Positions 26,788 through 38,308 of a stretch of 64,000 bases of DNA are shown one piece after another. The position numbers were made by a program, and so were the translations under genes. The DNA comes from Bacteroidota bacterium (lineage in GTDB: Bacteria > Bacteroidota > Bacteroidia > M30B66): contig CANHIS010000007.1 in the NCBI GenBank assembly GCA_947460255.1, positions 4,221 to 68,220 of the forward strand, in the 5' to 3' direction. Within the stretch, counting starts at the first letter, position 1, and each line of letters begins with the position of its first letter. The notes below the pieces were generated by a model that saw only the letters and a list, made by a program, of their open reading frames with translations, did not search any database and was not told the DNA's origin.

Positions 26788-29700
26788 TTACGCGCCGACT
26801 ACTAAACCGTGGCAGTTTTTATACTTCTTGCCACTTCCGCAAGGACAAACATCGTTTCTGCCAACTTTAGGGTCTACTTTCACAGGTTCGCGCCTTGCCT
26901 CCACATTGGTATCGGCTGCTGGTGAGGCTTGTTGGTTAGCTACTTCTGTTCTTGAAGTTCTCAAAACCGGCGCTGGACGCGGAGCAATGGCGGGTTGAAC
27001 TTTGGGAGCAGGTGGCGGATTGCCGTCTTCAGGGTTTCCTGTTGGAAGTCCGGCCTTCATTAAGAAAGCTGTAATGTCGCGTGCAATTTTACCCAACATA
27101 GACTCAAACAACTTGAATGATTCCAGTTTGTAAATCAACAACGGATCTTTCTGCTCATATACAGCATTTTGCACCGATTGCTTCAAATCATCCATCTCAC
27201 GAAGATGCTCTTTCCAAATATCATCGATAATCGCCAAGGTGATAAATCGCTCCATGGCATAACTAACTTCTCTACCACGATTTTCGAACGCTTTCTTAAG
27301 ATTTACAACTATTTGAAGCGTCTTGAATCCATCGGTTAATGGAATCATCATGTTCTCAAATTGGCCGGCTTGGTTTTGAAAAACATTGGCAATAACCGGG
27401 TGAGCCATTTCACCAATATGAACCGATTTGTGATGGTAATGCTGCACGGCTTCCTGATAGAGCTTTTGTGCTAGCACTTCAGGTTTTTCCTTCAAGAACT
27501 CCACTTCAGGAATGGCAGAATCAAGCGATAAAATTCTAATTGCTTCGAGTTTAAAGCCACTGTAATCGCGTAATTCTTGGTAGTCGTTTACAATACTTTC
27601 ACAGGTTTCAAGAATCATGTTGGCAATATCAACTGCCAAACGGTCTCCGTACAAAGCATTGCGGCGGCGGCGATAAATTACCTCGCGCTGATGGTTCATT
27701 TGGTCGTCGTACTCGAGCAATCGTTTACGAATTCCAAAGTTGTTCTCTTCTACTTTTTTCTGAGCACGCTCGATAGAACTGGTGATCATTCCACTTTGAA
27801 TTACCTCACCCTCCTTCATTCCCAAACGGTCCATGATTCGCGCAATTCTTTCGGAACCGAAGAGGCGCATTAGGTCGTCTTCTAAAGAAACGAAAAACTG
27901 TGACGATCCTGGATCTCCTTGACGACCGGCACGACCGCGCAACTGTCTATCCACACGGCGACTTTCGTGGCGTTCTGTACCGATAATTGCCAAACCGCCT
28001 GCTTCTTTCACTCCAGCACCGAGCTTAATATCGGTACCTCGACCTGCCATGTTTGTCGCGATAGTAACGTTTCCGGCTTGCCCGGCAACTTGAACAATTT
28101 CAGCTTCGCGTTGGTGTTGCTTTGCGTTGAGTACGTTGTGGTTGATGCCACGAAGTTTCAACATCCGGCTTAAAATCTCAGAGATTTCTACTGAGGTTGT
28201 ACCTACAAGCACTGGTCTGCCTTTGGCTGTTTCTTCTGCAATTTTCTCGATTACTGCGTTGTATTTTTCTCGTTTGGTTTTGTAAACAAGATCCTCCTCG
28301 TCTTTCCGCGATATTTTGCGGTTGGTAGGAATTACTGCAACATCGAGTTTGTAAATATCCCAAAGCTCACCTGCTTCAGTTTCGGCTGTACCAGTCATTC
28401 CTGCAAGCTTGTTGTACATCCTGAAGAAATTCTGCAGGGTGATTGTTGCATAGGTTTGGGTGGCAGCCTCGATGGTTACATTTTCTTTGGCTTCAATGGC
28501 TTGGTGAAGACCATCGCTGTAGCGTCGGCCTTCCATAATACGGCCAGTTTGTTCATCAACAATTTTCACTTTGCCATCCATTACAACGTATTCCACGTCG
28601 TTTTCAAAAAGCGTATAAGCTTTTAAAAGTTGATTGATGGTGTGGATTCTTTCCGACTTGATCGCGAAATCGCGGAGAAGCTCTTCCTTTTTGTTGAGTT
28701 TATCATCGGTAGATAGTGTGCTTTTTTCAATCACTGCAATCTCCGACCCTACATCTGGCATTACAAAGAAATTGGTGTCTTCGCTTTGGCCAGTAATGAG
28801 TTCGATTCCCTTTTCGGTAAGCTCGATAGAATTGTTCTTTTCGTCGATTACAAAAAACAATTCTGTATCAACTTTGGGCATTTCACGGCCCTGATCCTGC
28901 ATGTAGAAATTCTCTGTTTTCTGCAGCAATGTTCTGGTTCCTTGTTCGCTCAAAAATTTGATGAGAGCTTTGTTCTTTGGCAACCCGCGGTGAGCGCGCA
29001 ATAGTGCCAAACCTGCAGCTTTGTCGTCTTGTCCGAAGTTTTTCTTGGCTTCGTTTAATGCTGTATTGATGAAGGTCTTCTGTGCATTCACGAGTTTTTC
29101 TACACGTGGACGAAGCGCGAAGAATTCTTGGTTTTCTCCTTTGGGTGTTGGACCAGAAATGATCAATGGGGTTCTTGCATCATCGATCAAAACGGAGTCA
29201 ACCTCATCCACAATGGCGAAATTGTGACCTCGCTGCACGAGTTCTTCAGGGCTTCTAGCCATGTTATCGCGCAGGTAATCGAAACCAAATTCGTTGTTTG
29301 TACCGAAGGTGATTTCAGAAGCGTAGGCTTTTCTGCGGCTATTCGAATTGGGTTGGTGCTTGTCGATACAATCCACACGTAAACCGTGGAATTCATAAAG
29401 CGGCCCCATCCATTCGGAGTCGCGTCGGGCGAGGTAATCGTTCACCGTTACAACGTGCACACCTTCCCCTGAAAGGGCATTTAGATAGACTGGAAGCGTT
29501 GCTACAAGGGTTTTACCCTCACCAGTTGCCATCTCAGCGATTTTTCCTTTGTGCAGCATGATACCACCGATGAGTTGAACATCGTAGTGCACCATATCCC
29601 ATGTTACCATCGATCCAGCCGCATTCCAAGTGTTTTTCCAAATGGCTTTATCGCCTTGAATCATCACATGATCTTTGGTAACAGCCAGTTCGCGGTCTAC

Positions 29701-30114
29701 ATCCGAAGCCGTAACTTCGAGTGTAGCGTTTTCTTTGAGACGACGAGCTGTTTCACGAACAACTGCAAAAGCTTCAGGCAACACCTCTTCTAAAACTACC
29801 TCGATTTCGGCAGTTATGTGTTTTTTGAGTTTATCGATCTCCTCAAAGTGACCTTCTTTTTCTACGAAGTTCATGTCTGGAGAACTGTCCATCAGTTGGG
29901 TGAGTTCAGCTATACGTTTGCGCTCACCCTCTACTCTTCCACTAATTGCTTGGCGGAATTTTGCAGTGCGGGCGCGCAATTCGTCGTTTGTATCGTTGGC
30001 CAATTCAGGATAAATCTGATTGATTTTCTGTAGAAGTGGCTGAATTTCTTTCAGGTCGCGATCGGCTTTGTTACCGAGAAATTTCCCTAAGAGGGAGTTG
30101 ATCACTTTGATCAT
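26788..30114 (-). CDS. secA: Preprotein translocase ATPase SecA
   Basis: DEAD-like motor motifs ([27 protein letters not shown]). C-terminal Zn-binding tail [14 protein letters not shown]. Confidence 0.97.
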   Translation of the reverse strand: MIKVINSLLGKFLGNKADRDLKEIQPLLQKINQIYPELANDTNDELRARTAKFRQAISGRVEGERKRIAELTQLMDSSPDMNFVEKEGHFEEIDKLKKHITAEIEVVLEEVLPEAFAVVRETARRLKENATLEVTASDVDRELAVTKDHVMIQGDKAIWKNTWNAAGSMVTWDMVHYDVQLIGGIMLHKGKIAEMATGEGKTLVATLPVYLNALSGEGVHVVTVNDYLARRDSEWMGPLYEFHGLRVDCIDKHQPNSNSRRKAYASEITFGTNNEFGFDYLRDNMARSPEELVQRGHNFAIVDEVDSVLIDDARTPLIISGPTPKGENQEFFALRPRVEKLVNAQKTFINTALNEAKKNFGQDDKAAGLALLRAHRGLPKNKALIKFLSEQGTRTLLQKTENFYMQDQGREMPKVDTELFFVIDEKNNSIELTEKGIELITGQSEDTNFFVMPDVGSEIAVIEKSTLSTDDKLNKKEELLRDFAIKSERIHTINQLLKAYTLFENDVEYVVMDGKVKIVDEQTGRIMEGRRYSDGLHQAIEAKENVTIEAATQTYATITLQNFFRMYNKLAGMTGTAETEAGELWDIYKLDVAVIPTNRKISRKDEEDLVYKTKREKYNAVIEKIAEETAKGRPVLVGTTSVEISEILSRMLKLRGINHNVLNAKQHQREAEIVQVAGQAGNVTIATNMAGRGTDIKLGAGVKEAGGLAIIGTERHESRRVDRQLRGRAGRQGDPGSSQFFVSLEDDLMRLFGSERIARIMDRLGMKEGEVIQSGMITSSIERAQKKVEENNFGIRKRLLEYDDQMNHQREVIYRRRRNALYGDRLAVDIANMILETCESIVNDYQELRDYSGFKLEAIRILSLDSAIPEVEFLKEKPEVLAQKLYQEAVQHYHHKSVHIGEMAHPVIANVFQNQAGQFENMMIPLTDGFKTLQIVVNLKKAFENRGREVSYAMERFITLAIIDDIWKEHLREMDDLKQSVQNAVYEQKDPLLIYKLESFKLFESMLGKIARDITAFLMKAGLPTGNPEDGNPPPAPKVQPAIAPRPAPVLRTSRTEVANQQASPAADTNVEARREPVKVDPKVGRNDVCPCGSGKKYKNCHGLVVGA

Positions 30115-30204
30115 GAGGTTGTATAAATAAAGTCGCCAAAATTAACCCAAATTCCGAATGTTTGGGCAGACTGATTAGTCAAGAATTATTCCTCGGTTAT
30201 TTTC

Positions 30205-30253
30205 CTGCCAAAAAGGCGAAACGGCTGATCGTTTTGCAACAACCAGCCGTTTC
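30205..30253 (-). terminator. Probable rho-independent terminator downstream of the giant adhesin gene
   Basis: The - strand reads AAACGGCTG-loop-CAGCCGTTT followed by CGCCTTTTT. Confidence 0.45.
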
Positions 30254-30284
30254 TATTTAGCTGAAAATCAACGAAAATGAGTTG

Positions 30285-33200
30285 TTAATTCGTTTTTACG
30301 AATCGTTTTACAAGTTGGTATTCATCTGTCAGAATGACGATTTGATAAGTTCCACTTGCCAAATTCGAAACAGGTACATTGTATCGGTTGTTTCCTGCGT
30401 TGATCATGTTCACTTCTACCAAACGACCTGATAAATCGGTAATTTGGATAGTGCTAACGATCATTTCAGCAGGGATTTCGATAGTTACCAATTCATTGGC
30501 TGGATTAGGATACAACTGAACGGTTTGACTGATGAGTTCTTCGATAGACGCACAAGAGAATACCTTTAAATCATCGGTTCTGAAGGCAGAACATCCATTG
30601 TTATCGGTAAATTGATAAGTGATGATGAATGTTCCAACTGTTGAAGAAATGAAGTTTCCTTGGTCAACATTGGTTCCTGAATAAACTCCACCAGCAGGGC
30701 TACCGCCTTGTAGTGTGAACAATTGATCAACACAAGTTGTATCAGGACTCAATGTAAAGGCAACAGTAGGTAATGCAAAAACAACTACTTCAGTAGGCAC
30801 AGACTCGCTCAAACAGCCTGAAGTGTTAACTGCAGCAACCGCGAAATCACCGTTCTGATTGGCAGTAATTGAAGACTGATTTTCGCCTACGATCGCACTT
30901 CCATCGAGCAACCACTGGTAAACAATTCCAACAACTGCAGGCGTGCTGAGTTCAACATCTGATCCTTCACAGAAGCTAAGCGGGCCGTTTGCGGTGATCA
31001 ATGGCACTGCAGGTGATTCTCCTACAGTAATGGTTTGAACAGAAGATGTAGAAGTACAATTGTTCAGATCGGTTACTGCCACAGTGTAGTTTCCACCCGC
31101 AGTTGCGGTGTAGCTAACAGAAGTTGCACCAGAAATTGTGTTGCCATTGTTGCTCCACTGATAAGTTAAACCAGCTTCACTATTAGCATTCAAGACAACA
31201 GCTTCTCCGTCGCAGATTGCAGGTTGACCAGTGAATGAAACCTGAGCTTGAACGCCGGCAACATTCACATTGATAGCAGTTGAAGTTGCAGAACAGTTGT
31301 TTAGGTCGCTCACAGTAACTGTGTATGAACCAGCAGCACTTACATTAAGCACACCATTCACTGCGCCAGGAATCACGTTCCCGCCATTTTGCCATTGGTA
31401 ATTGAATCCGTTTCCTGAATTTGCTTGAAGAAGCACATTTCCGCCAACACAGAAAGTAGTTGGTCCGTTAGGAGTGATTGCAGCAGCAGGAAGGGCATTG
31501 ATTGTTACAACCGATGGTGAACTGGTTGCTGAACATCCATTGGTGCTTGTAGCGACAACTGTATAAGATCCAGCGCCATTGGCTGCGTAAGAAGCATTTG
31601 TAGCTCCACTGATGTTTGCTCCGCTTGTTTGCCATTGGAAAGTATTACCTGCCGATGGGGATGCGGTAAGGCTAACTGAAGATCCTTGACAGATTGCCAA
31701 AGGTCCAGAAGCAGCAACTGAAATTTGCGGCAACGCTAAGATGTTAACGTTTGCAGCGTTTGAAGTAGATGAACAATTACCACCTTGAGAAACAATAACT
31801 GTATAATTTCCTGCTATTGAAGCTGTGAGACTTGCGTTTGTTGCTCCACCGAGTTGCGTACCATTGAGCAACCACTGATAAGAAAGTCCTGCACCAGCGT
31901 TTGCATTTAATGTAACAGTGCTGCCTTGACAAACAGTTGTACTACCATTGGCAGTAATAGTCGCTACTGGAGGCGGAGCTACAGATACGCTGATTGCATT
32001 GCTTGTTGCTACACAACCATTGCTAATAACATTTACAGTGTATGTTCCTGAAGTAGTTGCTGAATAAGATGCTGAGTTTGCACCATTAATTTGAACGCCT
32101 CCATTTAGCCATTGATAAATTGCACCCGAAACTGGTGTTGCATTCAAGTTAACGCTTCCACCTTCGCAAAAAGTAGTAGTTCCTTGAGCCGTTGCAATAG
32201 CAGTTGGAATTGGGTTTACCAATACATCAATCGTATTTGAAGTGGCCGCGCAAGCTGATGTCGTAACAAGAATGTTGAATGATCCACTTGCAGTTGCAGT
32301 ATATGAAGTAGTTGTTGCTCCGTTAACTGGAACGCCGTTGTTTAACCATTGGTAAGTAGCACCAGTTACCGGCAATGCCGTTAAAACAACATTCCCTCCT
32401 TGACAGAATACTGGACTCGACCCAGAGCTGATTGAAGCTGAAGGACCAGGAACAACTGTAATTGTAATTGAATTTGAAGTTGTTGAGCAATTTGCTCCCG
32501 CAGAAACTACTGCAGTATAAGCACCTGCTTCGGTTGCTGCGAAGATGTTGTCGGTTGCTCCATTAATTGGATTGCCATTACGTCTCCATTGGATTGTTGT
32601 ACCTGCTTGTGAAGCAACAGAAAGAATGATGTTGCTACCTTGACAAATTGTGGTATTTCCTGCAGCAGTAAGCACTGCAGTTGGAGCACTAATTACATTT
32701 ACATCGATACCATTTGAAGTACCAGTGCAGAATCCACCTGAAGTTCCAACCAATGTGTAAGTTCCAGTTTGTGTAGCTGTATAAGATGCTGAAGTAGCGC
32801 CATTGATTGCAATATCATTGCGGAACCATTGCCAAGTGATACCAGGCTGAGTTGGCGTGCTAAATACAACAGAACCTCCAGTACAGATGGTAGTTGAAGT
32901 TGCTGCCGAAATTGCTACAATTGGCTGAGGCGTAACCTGAACACCAATAGCATTCGATTCAGCGGTACATGCTAAGGCATCAGAAATTACAACTGTATAA
33001 ACGCCAGAGATAGTGGCGTTGAAACTATTTGCAGTTGCACCTTGGATGTTATTTCCATTCAATCGCCACTGATAAGAAAGGCCATTTACAGATGGTGTAG
33101 AAAGATTAACTCCTCCATTTCCGCAGATGTCGATGCTTCCGTTTGCGGTAGCTACTGGAGCTGCCAAATTACATCCTACAGGATTGCCTGTTAAACGAAT

Positions 33201-36095
33201 GTAGAACGTGCTGTTGGTAACCGTCGCGTCAAAATCGTAGACGCGGATAAAATATTGTTGGCCAGGCGCTAACGTAGTGAACAATTGGTTTTCTATATCA
33301 TAATTCCCAGTAGTAACATTATTCACACACTGAACTGACGTTAAATTTCCACAAGTTCCTGAATACACTTGAAAAACAGTTGAGAAATCTAGATCTCCAC
33401 CAACTTCAATGTTAGTTCCAAGTGGATTTTCTCCTGCTATGAATGAGAACCATACATCATCATTTGCGTTACCAGAGCAACCAGCCGAAGACTGTGTTGC
33501 AAGCGCGGTATTGAAATACTGATAAGTTGTTGGATTTGAAACTGCCACCGGAATCGCACCTGCACAGTTGTCGTTTGCTAAAGTAGTTGGATTGTTGATG
33601 ATACAAATAGTAAAGTCTTGCGCGCCAATAGCTGCTCCACGGTAATCAAAAACTCTAACATAATATGTTGTACCGATGGTTAATCCTGTAGCAGTTAAAT
33701 TCTCATCAAAACCTTCGATGTAGAAATCAGAACAGCCTCTGGAAACCAGATTTGCACATGAGCCAGAGAAGTACTGAATAACTGGGTCGCTGATATTTAC
33801 GCTTCCAACGCGGATGGTTGCTGACGTACTTTGTGCAACAAACTTGAACCATACATCTTGGTCAGGGTTTCCTCCTGGCGAACATGAAGTTGTTGGAAGT
33901 GATCCTGTTGCGTTGGCATTTGAAAATGCTGTTGAATTACATGATGCAGAAGGAGTTAATGTAATTGCTCCTGCACACTCGTCATTGTCTGGAATAAGCA
34001 CTGAAGCATCCCACCAAGCACAAATGGTGAAGGTTGGATTCGCTGGAGGAGCTGTTGGAAAATCGAACACACGCACCCAGATTGACTCGCCAGCGCTGAT
34101 GCCATTAATCACAAATACTTCTGGCTCACCTGCTAATGTGTTGTCTGCACAGCCAAAACTCACCAATCCTGAACAATCGCCAGTTGAAGAAACAAACAAT
34201 TCGGCAACAATACCTAATGATGCAAAATCAGGTGTGATTTCAACTATCATGGAAGTATCAGAGGCAATTAGTTGATACCAAACATCCTCTGTATTAGTAC
34301 CTCCGCAAGTAGTAGTTGGAAGTGATCCAGTTGCGCCATCAAGAGTACCAACAAAAGGCTGACAAGACGCCCCTGCAAAAATCACAGTTGAATTGTCGCA
34401 TTCGTTGTTCACAGGGCCTGAATTTCCAGCTCCGTTCTCATCAAATACACAAATGTTGTAATCTAAGTTGGCAGTAACATTAAAGCCACCATCATACAAA
34501 CGAAGGTAAAAACGATCGCCTGGAGCCGTAGGTGTAATTTGTACGGCCTCAAGTTCTCCTGCAGCGGTAAAATCGCCACATCCTAAGTTAATCAAAGCTG
34601 CACAATCCGTTCCTTCGTAGATCTCATAAACGGCATCGGTTAATCCAAGAGGATCTATATTAAAGAATACAGAATCGCTAATTGAAACGAAAGTGTACCA
34701 AACGTCGGTAACTGGGTTTGAAATACAATCAAAACCTTGTGAAGCACCTAATGTATAATCACCATAATTGGCAAGAATAGGGTTTGTACAATTTGTTGTT
34801 GTTTGGATATTAATGGCATTCAAGCAATCGTCGCCAGGGATTACAATTTCGTCGGTATAAAATGCACAAACATTGAAATTAGGGTTTGTAGCAACACCAG
34901 CATTAAAGTCATATACACGAACATAGAAAGTTGTACCAACAGGCACAATTCCTGGTGATGCAAAAAAGCCTTCTGTAAAACCATTACCACCGTTATTTAC
35001 ACAAAGTAAAGAGGCAATATTTGCGCAAGAAGTACCTGCGAAAACCTCCATGATTGGGTCAAAACCCAAACCATTTGGAGTAACTTCAAAATTTAACGTT
35101 TGTGTGGCATTGTTCACGGTAAAGGTGTACCAAACATCATCAGTATTTGTACCCAAACAAGCTGTTGCAGGCGTTGATGCAGTGGCATTCAATAACGTTC
35201 CAGCAGTAGGAACACAACTTTGTTGTACATTCAAATTGGTTGCAGTTGCGCAATTGTCATTAGAAGGAACTGAAGCTCCACTAACTCTGCGATATACCAA
35301 TGTTGTGTTAACTGAATTCGTTGCACAATCGAATTGATTCACTTGCACGTAAACAATTCCTGTAAATGTTGCAGTCCAAGTAATTTTTGCATCATCGCCA
35401 CAGAAATCATCGCTGTAATCTAATGGTGCAGATGTATTTGTAGAGGCAAACAAAGACAGTTGAGAATCGTAAGTTGCAGACCCGCCATCAGCAGTACATA
35501 GCGACCATTCGTAAGTTTGACCAGCCGTTACATTGTAGCGTGAATGCTCTCCAGCGTAAATGTTCGTGGCAGCAGCAGTAAAAACATTTGATGTTGGTGT
35601 GAAAATACCAGTAGGATATTGGGATAGATCGCCTGTGTATGCACAAGACTGCACTGCAACTGCAGCCAAACGATAAACTAAGGTCGAATTCACTGCATTG
35701 GTGAGGCAGTTGAACAAATTTACTTGAACATAAACCTGACCTGTGTATGTAGCTACCCAAGTAATTTTCGCGTCATCCCCACACTCATCGTCGCCATAAG
35801 CAATGGCAAAGGAGGTATTTGCTGGATCAAACATCGAAAGCTGAGAATCGTAACTTGCGGCACCACCGTCTGCAGCACAAAGTGACCACTCGTAGGTGTT
35901 TCCTTGAATTACATTGTAAATTGAATACTCGCCAGCATAAATATTTGCAGCAGCAGCCGTAAATGTTTGCAATGTTGGAGTAAACGGGGTGGTTGGAAAC
36001 AGATTGTCACTAAAGACACACTGCGCCGTTGTAGAATTCATCCCCGAGAGTAGGAGCATGAACCCTAAGGTAAGTAATCGTAAAATATTTTTCAT
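30285..36095 (-). CDS. Giant (1936 aa) T9SS type-A cargo / adhesin. Duplicated N-terminal domain, six ~110-aa Cys-containing repeats, about 14 Ig-like repeats, C-terminal Por_Secre_tail
   Basis: Signal peptide. Two copies of …YAGE.S.YNV..G.TYEWSLC.ADGG.A.YDSQLS.F…. Six repeats with the pattern ND.C..A…DVW[YF].F…[FY]Y[VI]RV[YF]DF. Tandem C.G..V.L.A…YQW..NG..I.GAT…Y.A…G.YTV units. C-terminal LYPNPA…YQIVILTDEYQLVKRFVKTN. Confidence 0.9.
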   Translation of the reverse strand: MKNILRLLTLGFMLLLSGMNSTTAQCVFSDNLFPTTPFTPTLQTFTAAAANIYAGEYSIYNVIQGNTYEWSLCAADGGAASYDSQLSMFDPANTSFAIAYGDDECGDDAKITWVATYTGQVYVQVNLFNCLTNAVNSTLVYRLAAVAVQSCAYTGDLSQYPTGIFTPTSNVFTAAATNIYAGEHSRYNVTAGQTYEWSLCTADGGSATYDSQLSLFASTNTSAPLDYSDDFCGDDAKITWTATFTGIVYVQVNQFDCATNSVNTTLVYRRVSGASVPSNDNCATATNLNVQQSCVPTAGTLLNATASTPATACLGTNTDDVWYTFTVNNATQTLNFEVTPNGLGFDPIMEVFAGTSCANIASLLCVNNGGNGFTEGFFASPGIVPVGTTFYVRVYDFNAGVATNPNFNVCAFYTDEIVIPGDDCLNAINIQTTTNCTNPILANYGDYTLGASQGFDCISNPVTDVWYTFVSISDSVFFNIDPLGLTDAVYEIYEGTDCAALINLGCGDFTAAGELEAVQITPTAPGDRFYLRLYDGGFNVTANLDYNICVFDENGAGNSGPVNNECDNSTVIFAGASCQPFVGTLDGATGSLPTTTCGGTNTEDVWYQLIASDTSMIVEITPDFASLGIVAELFVSSTGDCSGLVSFGCADNTLAGEPEVFVINGISAGESIWVRVFDFPTAPPANPTFTICAWWDASVLIPDNDECAGAITLTPSASCNSTAFSNANATGSLPTTSCSPGGNPDQDVWFKFVAQSTSATIRVGSVNISDPVIQYFSGSCANLVSRGCSDFYIEGFDENLTATGLTIGTTYYVRVFDYRGAAIGAQDFTICIINNPTTLANDNCAGAIPVAVSNPTTYQYFNTALATQSSAGCSGNANDDVWFSFIAGENPLGTNIEVGGDLDFSTVFQVYSGTCGNLTSVQCVNNVTTGNYDIENQLFTTLAPGQQYFIRVYDFDATVTNSTFYIRLTGNPVGCNLAAPVATANGSIDICGNGGVNLSTPSVNGLSYQWRLNGNNIQGATANSFNATISGVYTVVISDALACTAESNAIGVQVTPQPIVAISAATSTTICTGGSVVFSTPTQPGITWQWFRNDIAINGATSASYTATQTGTYTLVGTSGGFCTGTSNGIDVNVISAPTAVLTAAGNTTICQGSNIILSVASQAGTTIQWRRNGNPINGATDNIFAATEAGAYTAVVSAGANCSTTSNSITITVVPGPSASISSGSSPVFCQGGNVVLTALPVTGATYQWLNNGVPVNGATTTSYTATASGSFNILVTTSACAATSNTIDVLVNPIPTAIATAQGTTTFCEGGSVNLNATPVSGAIYQWLNGGVQINGANSASYSATTSGTYTVNVISNGCVATSNAISVSVAPPPVATITANGSTTVCQGSTVTLNANAGAGLSYQWLLNGTQLGGATNASLTASIAGNYTVIVSQGGNCSSTSNAANVNILALPQISVAASGPLAICQGSSVSLTASPSAGNTFQWQTSGANISGATNASYAANGAGSYTVVATSTNGCSATSSPSVVTINALPAAAITPNGPTTFCVGGNVLLQANSGNGFNYQWQNGGNVIPGAVNGVLNVSAAGSYTVTVSDLNNCSATSTAINVNVAGVQAQVSFTGQPAICDGEAVVLNANSEAGLTYQWSNNGNTISGATSVSYTATAGGNYTVAVTDLNNCTSTSSVQTITVGESPAVPLITANGPLSFCEGSDVELSTPAVVGIVYQWLLDGSAIVGENQSSITANQNGDFAVAAVNTSGCLSESVPTEVVVFALPTVAFTLSPDTTCVDQLFTLQGGSPAGGVYSGTNVDQGNFISSTVGTFIITYQFTDNNGCSAFRTDDLKVFSCASIEELISQTVQLYPNPANELVTIEIPAEMIVSTIQITDLSGRLVEVNMINAGNNRYNVPVSNLASGTYQIVILTDEYQLVKRFVKTN
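30850..33230 (-). repeat. In-frame tandem Ig-like domain coding repeat array (about 14 units) inside the adhesin gene
   Basis: Regular ~80-aa periodicity of C.G..V.L…YQW.NNG..I.GAT. Confidence 0.75.
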
Positions 36096-36175
36096 GTAGA
36101 GAGCTTAGTTGAGCATGCGAATGTAAGAAAAACTCTTCTTCGTAAACAATTTGCCCTCTTAATTGTATTGAATCG

Positions 36176-36751
36176 CTATTCGTAGAAATGCATCTCGGTC
36201 ATGTACTTCCAAGCCTTATCAGGCATCAAAAATCTAATATCCTTCTTTAGAGCTATGGATTGTCGAATAAAAGTTGCAGAAATTTCCATTGTTGGAACCC
36301 CTTCAACCCATGTGATTTTTTCATGATTTCTTAACATTCCACCTTCATAACCCGGTCGTGGATAAACAAATAACCGATGCCGATTCAAAATCACCTCCGG
36401 GTTTTTCCACTTGTGAAATGTTTCCAAAGTGTCGCTGCCCAACAACAATGAAAACGTATGTTGGGGATATTTTTCCTCCAAATAGGCCAAGGTATGCGAC
36501 GTGAACGATGGCCTTGGCAAATGAAACTCCACATCAGAAGCACGCAAATAAGGGTAATCCTCAATCGCTGCACGAACCATCGCCAACCTGTGATGATCCT
36601 TTAACAAAGATTTCTTTTCCTTTAAGGGGTTTTGCGGACTGATCACCATCCAAACCTGCTCTAATTCTGTAAACTGAGCAAAATATCCTGCAATGGCAAG
36701 GTGGCCGATATGAACCGGATTGAAAGATCCGAAGTACAAACCGATATGCAT
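36176..36751 (-). CDS. nadD: Nicotinate-nucleotide adenylyltransferase
   Basis: GLYFGSFNPVHIGHL (HxGH nucleotidyltransferase motif) and SxT-like motif (ISATFIR). Confidence 0.88.
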   Translation of the reverse strand: MHIGLYFGSFNPVHIGHLAIAGYFAQFTELEQVWMVISPQNPLKEKKSLLKDHHRLAMVRAAIEDYPYLRASDVEFHLPRPSFTSHTLAYLEEKYPQHTFSLLLGSDTLETFHKWKNPEVILNRHRLFVYPRPGYEGGMLRNHEKITWVEGVPTMEISATFIRQSIALKKDIRFLMPDKAWKYMTEMHFYE

Positions 36752-36755
36752 CAGA

Positions 36756-37322
36756 TCAGGATTGTAAAAACTCTGTTACTATGGCGATTGCGTCTTTTTT
36801 GGCCTTGTCGAGTTGATCGTTCACCAAAATTTTATCGGCATGTTGAGCATACTCCATTTCACGGCGCGCTTTGCTCACACGAACATCGTAATCTTTTTGC
36901 GTTTCGGTGGCTCTCTGCAACAAACGTTCTTTCAAAACTTCCAACGATGGAGGTTGTACAAAAACCAACATAGCGCGTGATCCAAAATGGCGCTTAATGT
37001 TCAAGCCTCCTTCCACATCCACGTCGAAAATTACGTGATTTCCTCGGTTCCAAATGCGGTCAATTTCATTCTTCAAGGTGCCGTAAAAAGTACCTGGATA
37101 CACTTCTTCCCACTCCAAAAAATCGCCCTTCGCAATCCGAATGGTGAAGTCGTCGGTATCAATGAAATAGTAATCCAAACCGTTTACTTCCGTTGGTCGC
37201 TGCTTTCTGTTGGTTGCAGAAACCGAAAACTCAATTCCCGGAATGTTTTCAAGGATGTGCCTTACGATGGTTGTCTTACCAGCGCCACTAGGTGCACAAA
37301 CGATGATCAATTTCCCGCTCAC
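36756..37322 (-). CDS. gmk: Guanylate kinase
   Basis: P-loop APSGAGKTT. GMP-binding motifs (…YYFI…F…G.YYGT). Confidence 0.93.
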   Translation of the reverse strand: MSGKLIIVCAPSGAGKTTIVRHILENIPGIEFSVSATNRKQRPTEVNGLDYYFIDTDDFTIRIAKGDFLEWEEVYPGTFYGTLKNEIDRIWNRGNHVIFDVDVEGGLNIKRHFGSRAMLVFVQPPSLEVLKERLLQRATETQKDYDVRVSKARREMEYAQHADKILVNDQLDKAKKDAIAIVTEFLQS

Positions 37323-38185
37323 AATACGTTGTTAAGTTGTTCCTTAATTTTTTCTAGTTCATCTTTCATCAAAACCACCAACTTCTGCATACCTGCATGA
37401 TTGGCTTTAGAGCCGATGGTATTGATTTCTCTGCCCATTTCTTGGGTAATAAAACCGAGTTTTCTGCCCGTGCTTTCTTGTTGATTTAATGTTTCTCTGA
37501 AATACTGACAATGCGCTCGAAGCCTTTGTTTTTCCTCGTTAATGTCGAGTTTTTCAATGTAGAAAATCATCTCCTCCTCGAAACGATTGGCATCGGCGTT
37601 TATTTTCAAATCGGCAATCTTTTGCAGCAATCGCTCCCGCATCAACACCATCCGCTCGGCATCTAAAACACCCGTTTCTTCCAAACGCGCTTCAATGTTT
37701 CCAACTCTTTCCAGCAATTCTTTTCCAATGCCCGATCCTTCGTCGGTTCTAAACACATCGGTTGCCTTCAAGGCCGACTTCAATACTTCCATCACTTGTG
37801 CCCATTCTTCATCACCCAAAACCTCTTCTTGCTCTGCCATCACATCAGGCATCATCAAAACCCTTCCAAGCAAATCGGCCGACTGTACATTAAGTTCGTT
37901 GGCCAATTGCTGCAGCTCCAAAAATCTGGCTTTTGCCAAATCATGATTAATTGCTGCCGTCCCAGTTGATCCAGCCAAACGATAAGAAAGATAAACATCT
38001 ACTTTACCTCTTTCTAAAGATTTGCCAATTTCTTGTCGAATCTCGCCCTCCTTTTCACGAAAGGCTGGTGGAATACGCAAATTGAGATCTAACTGCTTAC
38101 TGTTTAGTGCGCGAACATCCACCAGAATGGTTTTCATTCCAAGCGAGAGCTGACTTTTCCCGAAACCGGTCATTGATTTTATCAT
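37319..38185 (-). CDS. yicC: YicC-family stress-induced protein
   Basis: Canonical N-terminus MIKSMTGFGKS and a C-terminal DUF1732-like region. The ORF track 5' extension is rejected. 4-bp overlap with gmk. Confidence 0.85.
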   Translation of the reverse strand: MIKSMTGFGKSQLSLGMKTILVDVRALNSKQLDLNLRIPPAFREKEGEIRQEIGKSLERGKVDVYLSYRLAGSTGTAAINHDLAKARFLELQQLANELNVQSADLLGRVLMMPDVMAEQEEVLGDEEWAQVMEVLKSALKATDVFRTDEGSGIGKELLERVGNIEARLEETGVLDAERMVLMRERLLQKIADLKINADANRFEEEMIFYIEKLDINEEKQRLRAHCQYFRETLNQQESTGRKLGFITQEMGREINTIGSKANHAGMQKLVVLMKDELEKIKEQLNNVL

Positions 38186-38308
38186 CGCCCCAAAAGTAGA
38201 AAAAGCCCTTAAACCTCTGACGTATTTCTGCACTTTGATTTACAGGCATTTAGACAAAATGTGACATTCATCACATGGAGCATCTAAGAAACAACCCAAA
38301 TTTGCAGC

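Noticed and set aside
16473-36095. Highly periodic sequence in the two giant genes that could be mistaken for CRISPR-like or satellite repeats
   Set aside because: The periodicity is in-frame and protein-level (PKD and Ig-like domains, ~85 and ~80 aa). The 'repeat' copies are divergent at nucleotide level. There is no repeat-spacer architecture and no cas genes.
36176-38185. yicC-gmk-nadD cluster as a possible unusual system
   Set aside because: The yicC-gmk linkage is widely conserved in bacteria and nadD adjacency is unremarkable. It is ordinary housekeeping organisation.
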